Assembly: GCA_033762915.1 (NCBI GenBank)
Contig: JANRLD010000081.1
Location: 31,141-95,140, forward strand
Reading direction: 5' to 3'
Length of the DNA: 64,000 nt
From: Meiothermus sp.
GTDB lineage: Bacteria > Deinococcota > Deinococci > Deinococcales > Thermaceae
Shown here: positions 9,569 through 18,939 of the stretch, piece by piece
Position numbering within the stretch: the stretch's first letter is position 1
Layout of the letters: every line of letters begins with the position of its first letter
Position numbers and translations under genes: made by a program
The notes under the pieces: generated by a model
Told to the model about the DNA's origin: nothing
The model's input: the letters and a program-made list of their open reading frames with translations, nothing else
Databases searched by the model: none

Positions 9569-10798
9569 TCACTCCACGCTCCATTCCCCGTCGCTCAAAT
9601 CCAGGTACGCCGAAACGGCGGTAAGGTAGGTTTGCCAGGCCTGGGCCACTGTGGCCTCGGCCTCGAGGGCTCCGGCCTGGGCTTCCAGGAGTTCGACGGC
9701 GCTGGCCGCGCCGGTTTGGACACGGGCCTCGACCAAAGTCTGTTGGCGTCGGGCCAGCTCGAGGCGCTGACGGTTCAGATCGAGCGACTCGAGCCCCAGG
9801 GCCGCATCGTTGCGGGTCTGGGTGAGGCGCAGCCTCGCGTCCTCGAGGGCTCGCTGGGCACGCAGGCCGGCCGCGTCGCGCTCGGCCTGCACCTGGCTCA
9901 GCCCGGGGATCGCCTCCAAGGGCAGGGTCAGGCGTGCCCCGAAGCTCAGCTTCCACTGATCTTGCCCAATCGCCTGCCCGGTCACTGGGCTGGTGGGCAG
10001 GCTGGGGGCCGAGCCCACCGAGACGTTCGCACCCGGCCCCTGGGCGTTCCAGGAGAGGCCGGACTGGAGCTGCAGGTCGCGCCCGACGTAGCTGGCGCCC
10101 GCGTTCAGCTGTGGGATCAGGGCGCGGCCCGCTTCGTCCAGTCTGGCCTGGGCCTGGACGAGGGCGGCCTGGGCCTCCTGCACCGCCGGGCTGCGCTCGG
10201 GGGCGGCCTCGAGCAGCCGGAAGCGCACCGTTCTGGCCTCTGCCCCGCCCTGAAGGCCGTAGCGGGCGGCCTCGGCCTGGGCGGCGCGGAGGCCGTTCTC
10301 GGCCTGACGCACCCCAAGCTCGGCCTGGCGCAGGGCCAGCCCCACTTCCTCGCGCTGGCTCGGGGTGATCGCGCCCAGGCCCAGACGCTGGTCGGCGGCC
10401 TGCAAGCGGGCCCGAGCGGCCTCGAGGCGCTTCTGAGCACCGGCCGCCCTCCCCTGGGCCAGCCAGAGCCCGGCGTGGGCCTGCAGGGCGTTCTTGGGGC
10501 CGTCACGCTGGGCCTGCCGGAACTGGCGCTCGGCACGGCCCACCGCCAGGCGGAGGTCGCTCTGAGCGGTGAAGCTGTACTGCCAGGAGGCGCCCGCCGA
10601 CCAGCTGTTGGTGCCGTCGTTGCGGGCGGCCTCGAGGTTGGGCGTGAGGCCCAGGCTGCCCAGCCCAGCCCTGGCTCGGGCCGCCTCTAGCGCCGCCCGC
10701 GCCGTCTCCACCTCTGGGCCCTGGTAGCGCAGCGCCTCGCCCGGCCCGAAGGCCAGCCCCGGGCTCAGCAAGAGCAGGATTGTCCATAGTCGTTTCAT
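9569..10798 (-). CDS. TolC family outer membrane efflux protein
   Basis: Signal peptide, RLGLGAIT and RVQTGAASAVELLEAQ OEP-type motifs. Confidence 0.8.
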   Translation of the reverse strand: MKRLWTILLLLSPGLAFGPGEALRYQGPEVETARAALEAARARAGLGSLGLTPNLEAARNDGTNSWSAGASWQYSFTAQSDLRLAVGRAERQFRQAQRDGPKNALQAHAGLWLAQGRAAGAQKRLEAARARLQAADQRLGLGAITPSQREEVGLALRQAELGVRQAENGLRAAQAEAARYGLQGGAEARTVRFRLLEAAPERSPAVQEAQAALVQAQARLDEAGRALIPQLNAGASYVGRDLQLQSGLSWNAQGPGANVSVGSAPSLPTSPVTGQAIGQDQWKLSFGARLTLPLEAIPGLSQVQAERDAAGLRAQRALEDARLRLTQTRNDAALGLESLDLNRQRLELARRQQTLVEARVQTGAASAVELLEAQAGALEAEATVAQAWQTYLTAVSAYLDLSDGEWSVE

Positions 10799-10835
10799 TC
10801 GACCTCGTTTGGGTAGGGACCAGCCGCCGCCCGCC

Positions 10836-11459
10836 CTAGCGGAACAGGCTGAAAAAAGTCAGGGCCAGCGAGAGCAGCGTCACCGCCACCGTGGCCGTCA
10901 GCGCCCGCTCGGGGGCCAGGACGCGCAGGCCGCTGTAGAGCACCCACAGCGTCCAGGCCGTTACCAGCAGGGTCAGGACTTGCTGGGCGCGGATGTAGCT
11001 CGAGGCCCGGATCACCTCCTGGAACTGGCGCTGCCAGGCCAGCAAGCGCTCCTGGGCGCTGGGGTCGCCTTGGGCAACCTGCGGGATGGGGGGAAGATCA
11101 CCGGTGATGGGGAAGAATGCCGCCATGGGGATCAGCACCAGCGCCAGCACCGCGCCCGGCAGCGCGGCCCAGCCGTAGACCTCCCAGGCCCGGCTCTCGG
11201 GCCCCGCGAAGACCCGCACCACCGCGCCTCCCACGCCCCAGACCAGGATGCCGATCACCACGCTGCTTACCAGCGCCAGTGCGATCTGCAGGGGCAGCGG
11301 GAAGGGCAGCAGGCTGGGCAGAAGCCGGGTGGAGAGTATCCCCGCCACCGAGCCCAGCGCGACCGCGAGGATCGAGATCAGAAACGGCGCGGTCAGGTTG
11401 GGCTTGCGCTCTTGCAGTGCCTTAAAAAACGCCGTGGGTTGGGTCAGTACCTCGAGCAT
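10836..11459 (-). CDS. YIP1 family membrane protein
   Basis: N-terminal VLTQPTAFFKAL and about 5 TM helices, in a position typical of MacAB operons. Confidence 0.75.
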   Translation of the reverse strand: MLEVLTQPTAFFKALQERKPNLTAPFLISILAVALGSVAGILSTRLLPSLLPFPLPLQIALALVSSVVIGILVWGVGGAVVRVFAGPESRAWEVYGWAALPGAVLALVLIPMAAFFPITGDLPPIPQVAQGDPSAQERLLAWQRQFQEVIRASSYIRAQQVLTLLVTAWTLWVLYSGLRVLAPERALTATVAVTLLSLALTFFSLFR

Positions 11460-11536
11460 GTCGTTCCCCCTTTTCAATGTCAAAATAATATCATATTTTA
11501 CTTAGTACATTTTGTATGCGTTGTCCTCGAGTTCCC

Positions 11537-12013
11537 TCAGCACTTGGCCCCTTCGCCCACCTCGAGAGTCACCCCCCTGGCCCGCTCGAAGCGCATGCGG
11601 GCCGAGGTGGGCATGGTGCCGCTCGAGCAGCCGACCGCCAGGGGCCGGTCGTCGAGCGTGACCGCGCCCTGGGTGTAGCGCAGCGCGTAGGGCAGGTCGC
11701 GGGTCAGGCTGAAGCTGTACTCGCCGTTGAGCCAGCGCGAGCGGAGGGTGTAGCCGCTGCGGGACTCGCTCTCGCGGCAGTTGAGGCACTGGGTGTTGTC
11801 GGAGAAAGCCTGGATATCGGGGTTGTCGTAGGGATTGAACAGGCCACGGGTCTCGAGGTTGCCCCAGATGGCCGCCCCCACCGTCGCCAGCACCGCGCCC
11901 ACCAGACCCCACTTGGCGGTTGGGCTGCTCCCCACCCGCCACAAGAGCGCCACCGCGCCCGCCATCAGGGCCCAAAAGCTCACCGTCCAGGGGTTGAATA
12001 CCTCGAGGTTCAT
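11537..12013 (-). CDS. Hypothetical membrane-anchored protein
   Basis: ATGA overlap with the upstream gene and a GGAGG RBS. MNLEVFNPW..., two TM helices plus a soluble domain with 4 Cys. Confidence 0.7.
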   Translation of the reverse strand: MNLEVFNPWTVSFWALMAGAVALLWRVGSSPTAKWGLVGAVLATVGAAIWGNLETRGLFNPYDNPDIQAFSDNTQCLNCRESESRSGYTLRSRWLNGEYSFSLTRDLPYALRYTQGAVTLDDRPLAVGCSSGTMPTSARMRFERARGVTLEVGEGAKC

Positions 12014-12765
12014 GCCTCCACCTCGTTCCATATGCGCCCCGCCAGCCAGACGAACAGGGCCGTGGTCAGGACGCCCAGGATGGGCAGCTCGAGGGGCAGG
12101 CCGGTCTCGAGCAGCCCCACCTCGGCGTTGATGTCGAAGCCAAGGGCCGTGATGGTCGGGAAGGGCAGGGCCGGTAGGGTGTAGGCGATGTTGCCCAGCA
12201 GCAGGATGCCCAGACCGCCCAGGTTGAGGATGCCGACCAGCATCACCAGGTTGGCCAGCCAGGCCATCCGGCCCAGCGCGAAGGAGAGGTTGACCTGCCG
12301 GATCAGCAGCACCCCCGCCACCATCGGCAGCCAGAAGCTGACCAGGTTGTAGGCCACCAGGTACAACGCCGCGCCCAGCGACAGGGCCACCTGCGCCCGC
12401 GACAGCGCCCACCACAGCACCACCGAGAGCAACACCAGGAACAAGGCGCTAAAGGCCGCGTAGTAGGCGAAGCGCGCCCACAGATGCTGCGACCCGTCGG
12501 GCACGCTGAGGAGCACCAGGGTGCCGTCCTGTCTGCTGGTGAAGACCATGCTCAACAGCAGGATCACCACCCCCCCCGTCGCCGCCAGACTGATGTACAA
12601 GAAGCGCAGCCCCAGGCTCTCGACACTGGCCGGTGTGGCCGCGAAGGGGGTGTCCTGCACCCGCAGCACCGCCCACAGCGCCAGCCCCACGATCCCCAGC
12701 AGCGCCACCAACCAGCCCGCCCCCTTGCGGAACTCGAGCCAGACCAGAGTTGAAAATACGTTCAC
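12010..12765 (-). CDS. ABC-2 type permease-like membrane protein
   Basis: N-terminal LVWLEFRK, 6 TM helices, follows an ABC ATPase. Confidence 0.75.
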   Translation of the reverse strand: MNVFSTLVWLEFRKGAGWLVALLGIVGLALWAVLRVQDTPFAATPASVESLGLRFLYISLAATGGVVILLLSMVFTSRQDGTLVLLSVPDGSQHLWARFAYYAAFSALFLVLLSVVLWWALSRAQVALSLGAALYLVAYNLVSFWLPMVAGVLLIRQVNLSFALGRMAWLANLVMLVGILNLGGLGILLLGNIAYTLPALPFPTITALGFDINAEVGLLETGLPLELPILGVLTTALFVWLAGRIWNEVEA

Positions 12766-12851
12766 CGTGTCACCTCAGTAGAGAAGTTAGGGGGGAGGGG
12801 AAGATAAACCACAAAAAAGGATTCTTTGCCGTTTTCCTTCCCTCTTCCCTC

Positions 12852-13532
12852 CTAGATCAACACCTGCAGAAACGCGTCCTTCACGCTCTTACCCTGCTGC
12901 CTCAGGTCTTCGGCCATCGCGTCTAAGACTAGGCGGCCCTCCTTGAGGAATACGGCACGGTCGAAGATGCCCTCGGCCTCGGCGACCTCGTGCGTCGAGA
13001 TTACGATCACCCCGTCCTCGCGCCACTCGCGCACCAGGGTCTGCATGATGCGGTCGCGGGAGATCAGGTCTATCCCACCCAGCGGCTCATCAAGCAAGTA
13101 GAGTTTGGCCTCTCTCGCCAGCACCATCGCCAGGCGCAGCCGGGCCTTCTGACCCTTGGACATCGCGCCGTAGGGTTTGATGGGCACCTCGAGGAAGCCC
13201 AGCAGTTCCTTGTAGCGCTCGGGGCGGAAGTCGGGGTAGAGCGAGCGCATCAGGCGCTCGGCGTCGGCGGGGGTCAGCCAGTTGTAGAGGTTGTCGGAGT
13301 CGGAGAGAAAGGCCACCTGGCCGCGCGCGTCACGGGGCAGCTTGCCAACCACCTCGACCTTACCCTGGCTGGGGTACAGCAGACCCGCCAGCAGCTTGAG
13401 GGTGGTGGTCTTGCCCGAGCCGTTGAGGCCCAGCAGCCCCACCGCCTGACCGGCCTCGAGGCTCAGGTTCAGATCGCTTACCCCGTCCTTGGCCCCGTAA
13501 CGACGGGTGACGTTTTCCAGCTTAGCCAGCAT
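12852..13532 (-). CDS. ABC transporter ATP-binding protein (YtrB-like)
   Basis: GLNGSGKTT, MSKGQ and LLDEPLGG. Confidence 0.93.
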   Translation of the reverse strand: MLAKLENVTRRYGAKDGVSDLNLSLEAGQAVGLLGLNGSGKTTTLKLLAGLLYPSQGKVEVVGKLPRDARGQVAFLSDSDNLYNWLTPADAERLMRSLYPDFRPERYKELLGFLEVPIKPYGAMSKGQKARLRLAMVLAREAKLYLLDEPLGGIDLISRDRIMQTLVREWREDGVIVISTHEVAEAEGIFDRAVFLKEGRLVLDAMAEDLRQQGKSVKDAFLQVLI

Positions 13533-13905
13533 TGCCGTTCTCCTTGAATTGACCGTTGAGGCTCGAGAGGGCCTTCCGGGCGTCCTCGGGCGTGAGGCCC
13601 AGGCCCTGCACCTCGCCCAAGTAGCGCTGGGCGGCCTCTTGCAGCAGGCGCAGCTTCATGCCCTCTACGTTCACGTCGTCGCGGATGAAGGTGCCCAGGC
13701 CGCGCCGGGTCTCTGAAATCTGGGCGATCTCGAGCTGGCTGAAGGCGTGGATCACCGTGTTGGGGTTAACCTTGAGTTCGGCGGCCAGCTCGCGCGCCGA
13801 GGGCAGTTTATCGCCCGGCTTCATCCTGCCGTTGGCCAACATGCGCTCCACCCCCTTCACAATCTGGGCGTAAATCGGCCCGGCTTCGTTGTCCAGGTTC
13901 CACAC
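13522..13905 (-). CDS. GntR family regulator, YtrA subfamily
   Basis: GTG after GAGGAGG. PIYAQIV...PGDKLPSARELAAELKVNPNTV...RRGLGTF with a short C-terminus (127 aa). Confidence 0.9.
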   Translation of the reverse strand: MWNLDNEAGPIYAQIVKGVERMLANGRMKPGDKLPSARELAAELKVNPNTVIHAFSQLEIAQISETRRGLGTFIRDDVNVEGMKLRLLQEAAQRYLGEVQGLGLTPEDARKALSSLNGQFKENGNAG

Positions 13906-13916
13906 AGCCTTCCTCC

Positions 13917-14630
13917 TCACCCGCCCAGATCCTGCCGCCGCAGCCCGAGCGAGGCCAGTAATACGAACAGCATCGTATACCCGGCCAGCCCCGCCGCGTA
14001 GAGTGGGTCGCCCGTTTGCAGCAGGCCGTCGCCCAGCGGGGTCGGGAAGTACCGCCCCACCTGGGGCCAGAAGGCGTTCAGGATGCTCTCTACCACCAGC
14101 CCCGAGAACAGCGGAACCCCCACCGCCAGCGCCACCGAGCGGGTGAAGACCCCCATCAGAACGCTCAGGGCCAGATAGGGCAGAACCCCCAGCACCAGCC
14201 CGCCGAACAGCCGCGGCAGCTCGGCCCCGGCCCGGCGCATCAGCTCGGGAACCTCCGGGCTGTAGAGCAGCTCGGCCAAGCCGGCCAGCCCGAAGGGAAT
14301 CGCCATCGCCAGCAGCAGCGGCCCCAGCGCGGCCGCAAACCTCGAGAGCAGCCAGGGCACCCGCCGCACCCCCCGGCTGAGCAGGAGCGGCAGGGTGCGC
14401 CAGTTGTACTCCTGGGCCGTCCAGGAGCCTATCAGCACCACGAACACGAAACCCGCCAGCTTGGACAGGCCCAGGACAGCCTCGAGCACCGGGAAGGGAT
14501 GGCCGTCCGCCAAGCGGCCGTAGCCCATCGCCAGCACCAGCCCGGCAACCAGCGTGCCGCCGACCAGCACCGCCCAGAAGCTGCGGTTCCACAGGGTCTT
14601 GCGGGTCTCATTGGCGATCAGGTTAAGCAC
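13917..14630 (-). CDS. ABC-2 type permease
   Basis: LIANETRK and EYNWRTLPLLLSRGVRR motifs, 6 TM helices. Confidence 0.85.
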   Translation of the reverse strand: MLNLIANETRKTLWNRSFWAVLVGGTLVAGLVLAMGYGRLADGHPFPVLEAVLGLSKLAGFVFVVLIGSWTAQEYNWRTLPLLLSRGVRRVPWLLSRFAAALGPLLLAMAIPFGLAGLAELLYSPEVPELMRRAGAELPRLFGGLVLGVLPYLALSVLMGVFTRSVALAVGVPLFSGLVVESILNAFWPQVGRYFPTPLGDGLLQTGDPLYAAGLAGYTMLFVLLASLGLRRQDLGG

Positions 14631-15567
14631 GGTGGCCTCCCTGGGTGATCTCGAGGAATAGCTGCTCGAGGCCGCCTTCGAGGGGCCTTACCTCGCTGGG
14701 CACCAGGCCCGCCGCCACCAGGCGGCGAACCACCTCGGTGGCCTCGAGGCCCGACACGTGCAGGTACTCGCCGGCGACCTCGAGCCGGCCCGCCAGGCCC
14801 TTCAACACCACGGCGGCCTCCTCGGGGCGCTCGAGGCGAACCCTCAGGGCGCCGCCCCCCGCCAACAGTTCGCGCACCCGGCCCTGCGCCACGACCCTGC
14901 CCCGGTGGATCACCGCGATGCGGTCGCAGACCTGCTCGACCTCGCTCAGGATGTGCGAGGAGAAGATGACCGTGATGCCCTGCGCGGCCAGCCTCTGCAT
15001 CAGCTCGCGCATCTCCTTCATCCCGGCGGGATCCATCCCGTTGGAGGGCTCGTCCAGAATCAGGAGTTCGGGGCCGGTCAGGAGCGCCATGGCAATCCCC
15101 AGACGCTGCTTCATTCCGGTCGAGTAGGCGCCCGCCGGGCGGTGTGCCGCCCCCGCGATGCCCACCAGCTCCAACACCTCCTGGATGCGGCTTTGACCGA
15201 CCCCAGCCTCGAGGCCCGCCAACAGCTCCAAGTGCCTGCGCGCCGAGAGGTGCGGGAAGATCGCGGGCGCGCCCAGCAGCGCCCCGACCCTGCGCAAGGC
15301 CTGGTTGTGGCCGGGCCGAACCGGCTGGCCCAGCACCTCTACGCTGCCCTGGCTGGACTCGACCAGGCCCAGAATCATCCCCAGGGTGGTGGTCTTCCCT
15401 GCCCCGTTGGGGCCAAGAAAACCGAAGATTTCGCCCTTATAGACTTCCAAATCCACCTGCTCGACCGCCACCACGCCGCCGAAACGCTTGCCCAGCCCCC
15501 GAACCGACAGCACCGGGCTGCGCTGTACCGGCGCGGGGGGTTTCTCGAGAGTCGCCAACATATCCAT
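14623..15567 (-). CDS. ABC transporter ATP-binding protein (BcrA-like)
   Basis: GPNGAGKTT, YSTGMKQRLG and ILDEPSNGMD. Confidence 0.93.
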   Translation of the reverse strand: MDMLATLEKPPAPVQRSPVLSVRGLGKRFGGVVAVEQVDLEVYKGEIFGFLGPNGAGKTTTLGMILGLVESSQGSVEVLGQPVRPGHNQALRRVGALLGAPAIFPHLSARRHLELLAGLEAGVGQSRIQEVLELVGIAGAAHRPAGAYSTGMKQRLGIAMALLTGPELLILDEPSNGMDPAGMKEMRELMQRLAAQGITVIFSSHILSEVEQVCDRIAVIHRGRVVAQGRVRELLAGGGALRVRLERPEEAAVVLKGLAGRLEVAGEYLHVSGLEATEVVRRLVAAGLVPSEVRPLEGGLEQLFLEITQGGHRA

Positions 15568-15574
15568 GCCTCCT

Positions 15575-15616
15575 TAGTGCACTAATAGACTAATACACTA
15601 GGGCAGCTTGAGTCAA
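15575..15616 (-). promoter_or_regulatory. Promoter with overlapping YtrA-type operator
   Basis: Minus-strand TTGACT-N18-TAGTCT. The imperfect palindrome TAGTGCA-N12-TACACTA (15575-15600) covers the -10. Confidence 0.65.
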
Positions 15617-15687
15617 TACCCTCGAGCACCACCCTGGGCCGCCCAGGGGCCGAACCGGCACCTGGGCGGATTGGGTAGGATGGGCGG

Positions 15688-16824
15688 GTGCTGCCCCTGG
15701 CAAAACTCACCGCCCTGCGCCACACGCTTCACGCAAGCCCGGAGGTCTCGGGTCTGGAGCAGCAGACCGCCGCCCTGATCGAGGCCTACCTGCGCGGGCT
15801 CGAGCCCGACTCCCTGGTCACTGGGCTCGGCGGGCACGGAATTTTGGCGACGTTTGAGAGCGGCCTCGAGGGACCGACGCTCCTCTTCCGCTCCGAGCTG
15901 GACGCGCTGCCCATCCCCGAGGCCAACACCTTCGCCCACCGCTCAAAGCGCCCCGGCGTCTCGCACAAGTGCGGGCACGACGGGCACAGCGCCGCCCTGT
16001 GCGGCTTGGCCGAATTGCTCGCCCGCGGCCGCCCGCCCAGGGGCAGGGTTCACCTGCTCTTCCAGCCCGCCGAGGAGGTCGGCGAGGGTGCGAAGGCGGT
16101 GCTGGCCGACCCGAAGTTCGCCCCGTTCCGGCCCGACCTGGCCTTCGCGCTGCACAACTTCCCCGGCTTTCCTGCGGGCTCCGTGGTCCTGCGCGACCGG
16201 ATCATCACCGCCGCCGTGGTGGGGCTGGCGGTGCGACTCGAGGGCCGCACCGCCCACGCCGCCCAGCCCGAGCTGGGCCGCAACCCCGCCTTCGCGGTAG
16301 CGGAGCTGCTTCAGTACAGCCAGACCCTAAACCGTCCCGACCCCACCCGCCCCGAGTTCCGCCTCACCACGCCCGTGGGGGTGCGCGTCGGCTCCCCCGC
16401 CTACGGCGTGGCGGCGGGCGACGGGGAGCTGAACCTGACCCTCCGGAGCTGGACGGATGGCGGACTCGAGGAACTGGCCGCGAGCCTCCTGCTCCGCGCC
16501 CGGCAGCTCGCCGAGCGCGACGGCCTGACCCTAAGCCACCAGACCACCGAGCATTTCGCCGCCAACTTCAACGACCCGGCCGCGGCAGCCGCGGCGCGGA
16601 GGGCGGCGGTAAGTTGCGGCCTCGAGGTGCTTGAGCTACCCGTCCCGCTCAAGGGCGGCGAGGACTTCGGCCTGTTCACCGCCCGGTTCCCCTGCTGCTT
16701 GATTCTGCTGGGCGCGGGCGAGGCCACACCACCCCTGCACAGCCCCGACTACGACTTCCCCGACGAACTCCTCGAGCCCGCCGTCCGGCTGATGGCGCAG
16801 ATCGTGCGGGAGACGCTGGGTTAG
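15688..16824 (+). CDS. M20 family amidohydrolase
   Basis: RSELDALP, HKCGHDGH, FQPAEE, GEDF and LHSPDYDF. Confidence 0.92.
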   Translation: MLPLAKLTALRHTLHASPEVSGLEQQTAALIEAYLRGLEPDSLVTGLGGHGILATFESGLEGPTLLFRSELDALPIPEANTFAHRSKRPGVSHKCGHDGHSAALCGLAELLARGRPPRGRVHLLFQPAEEVGEGAKAVLADPKFAPFRPDLAFALHNFPGFPAGSVVLRDRIITAAVVGLAVRLEGRTAHAAQPELGRNPAFAVAELLQYSQTLNRPDPTRPEFRLTTPVGVRVGSPAYGVAAGDGELNLTLRSWTDGGLEELAASLLLRARQLAERDGLTLSHQTTEHFAANFNDPAAAAAARRAAVSCGLEVLELPVPLKGGEDFGLFTARFPCCLILLGAGEATPPLHSPDYDFPDELLEPAVRLMAQIVRETLG

Positions 16825-17037
16825 GCGCTGGGGCCACTTCGGGTTGTGCCGGGGTCTTTGCGGGGCGGCGAGTGCTGCAGCTACCCGCCCGGGCGCAGTT
16901 CCATAGCGGGCATTTCGGGGCGGCACTCCCTCATCGCGCGAACCGCTCTCAGCCATACAGACACTTGCGGAGGCCACCCCAGACGGGGCATTGGCTGAGC
17001 CCAAGCGCTGGGCACCTCCGAAGGGAAGCGCGGGAGT

Positions 17038-18366
17038 CTACAGCCGCTCGAAGCCCCGCACCCGCTCCCAGTCGGTCACCGCCGCCTCGAAGGCTTCGAT
17101 CTCCACGTTGGCCATGTTGAGGTAGTGGTCTACCACCTCGGCGCCGAAGGCAGCCCTGGCTGTTTTGGACCTGGCGAAGAGGTCTCGAGCCAGCCGCATG
17201 TGCCCCGGCACTCGAGGCTTCCGGCTCAAGTAGGCGTTGCCCCTGAACTCAGGCTCTAGCTCGAGGTTGTTTTCGATCCCGTGCAGCCCCGCCGCAATCA
17301 TCGCCGCCAACGCCAGGTAGGGGTTCACGTCCGCGCCGGGCACCCGGTTCTCGACCCGCAGGCCCGCGCCGTGACCCACCACCCGGAAGCCGCAAGTACG
17401 GTTGTCGCGGCCCCAGGCCACGGCGGTGGGGGCGAAGGAGCCCACCGCGTAGCGCTTGTAGCTGTTGATGTTGGGCGCGTAGAGCAGGCTGAACTCGCGC
17501 AGGCAGGCCAACTGGCCCGCCAGGAAGCGCTCGAAGACCTCGGGCTGCTCCTTGAAGATGGGGCTGTCGTCGGCGCGGCGCAGCGACATGTGGACGTGGC
17601 AGCTGTTGCCCTCGCGCTGGTCGTACTTGGCCATGAAGGTGACGGCCGCGCCCATCTGGGCAGCGATCTCCTTAGCGCCATTCTTGAAGACCACATGGTC
17701 GTCGGCGGTCTCGAGCGCACCTTTATACCTAAAGTTGATCTCGTGCTGCCCGAAATTGCACTCGCCCTTGGAGTTCTCGCAGTACAGCCCGGCCTCCCCC
17801 ATCTCGCGGCGGATGCGCCCGATCAGGGGCTCGACCCTCGAGGTGCCCAGAATCGAGTAATCCACGTTGTACTGGTTGGCGGGCGTCAGGTCGTGGTAGC
17901 GGGCACGGAAGGCGTCCTCGTAGCTGGTGTCGAAGAGGATGAACTCGAGCTCGGTGGCGGCCAGGCAGATCAGGCCGTGGGCGGCGAGGCGCTCGAGCTG
18001 ACGCCTGAGGATCTGCCGGGGGGAGACGCTCACCGGGTGGCCGTGGTGGTCCTCGAGGTCCACCTGCACCATCGCGGTCTTGTCGTGCCAGGGGATGCGG
18101 CGCAGGGTCGAGAGGTCGGGCTTCATGGCGAAGTCGCCGTAGCCGGTCTCCCAGTTCGACAGCCGGTAGCCGTCCACGGTGCGCATGTCCACGTCCACCG
18201 CCAGCAGGTAGTTGCAGCCCTCGGCCCCGTGAGCGGCCACCTGATTGAGGAAGTAGTCGGCGTTCAGGCGCTTGCCCATCGGGCGGCCCTGCATGTCGGT
18301 CATGGCGAGGATGATGGTGTCAATCTCGCCCTTGTTGACGGCGGTCTGTAGCTGCTCGAGGGTCAT
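17038..18366 (-). CDS. Glutamine synthetase-like gamma-glutamyl-amine ligase (PuuA/GlnA4-like)
   Basis: DMQGRPMGKR, ELEF, GQHEIN, GNSCHVH, NSYKR and ENRVPGADVNPY; adjacent to an APC permease. Confidence 0.88.
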   Translation of the reverse strand: MTLEQLQTAVNKGEIDTIILAMTDMQGRPMGKRLNADYFLNQVAAHGAEGCNYLLAVDVDMRTVDGYRLSNWETGYGDFAMKPDLSTLRRIPWHDKTAMVQVDLEDHHGHPVSVSPRQILRRQLERLAAHGLICLAATELEFILFDTSYEDAFRARYHDLTPANQYNVDYSILGTSRVEPLIGRIRREMGEAGLYCENSKGECNFGQHEINFRYKGALETADDHVVFKNGAKEIAAQMGAAVTFMAKYDQREGNSCHVHMSLRRADDSPIFKEQPEVFERFLAGQLACLREFSLLYAPNINSYKRYAVGSFAPTAVAWGRDNRTCGFRVVGHGAGLRVENRVPGADVNPYLALAAMIAAGLHGIENNLELEPEFRGNAYLSRKPRVPGHMRLARDLFARSKTARAAFGAEVVDHYLNMANVEIEAFEAAVTDWERVRGFERL

Positions 18367-18611
18367 AGCGGCTCCTTTATAGTTTGCGCCAGTCTACCCA
18401 ATCTTCTGATTCGCCGGAAAGACCGCAGCCATACGATGCCCCTGGACTGCCGCCCACCAAGCACCAGCCCAACACATCAGTCGGCCCAAAGGGAACTCCT
18501 ACGCTTGGCGAGTCCAGCCTATAGGTCATAGAGGCCCCTTCGGACGCTTGGGGTGCCGCAAAAGTCCCCGAAGGATTGGAATCACGCTTCTGGACCCTCA
18601 ACACTTCCCAT

Positions 18612-18640
18612 AAAAAGCCCCCTCGAGGCTCGAGGGGGGC
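18612..18640 (-). terminator. Probable intrinsic terminator downstream of the permease
   Basis: GCCCCCTCGAG/CTCGAGGGGGGC stem with a U5 tract on the minus strand. Confidence 0.5.
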
Positions 18641-18939
18641 GCCTTTCCTATCGTCTAGGTGCCTGGGTGGTCGATGGGCAGATTGCCGCCCAAGACGACC
18701 GCTCGAAACGCCTGCTAAGGGATTTTGGCCCCGCCAAGGCCCCAGCGCAACTTATGGTGGTTCCCACCATTACTCGGCACGATAAACTCCACCTCGCCGG
18801 GTATTGGTGGGAACCGCTCTTAAGCGTCTGTATGGCTGATATGCGAAATGCCACCCGGCAGCCCGTTGGGGAATTGCGCCGGTAAGCCGCTCGCTGCTGA
18901 GGTCGCGTGCAGGGTTTCGCAAACCCACTTTGGCGCAAC

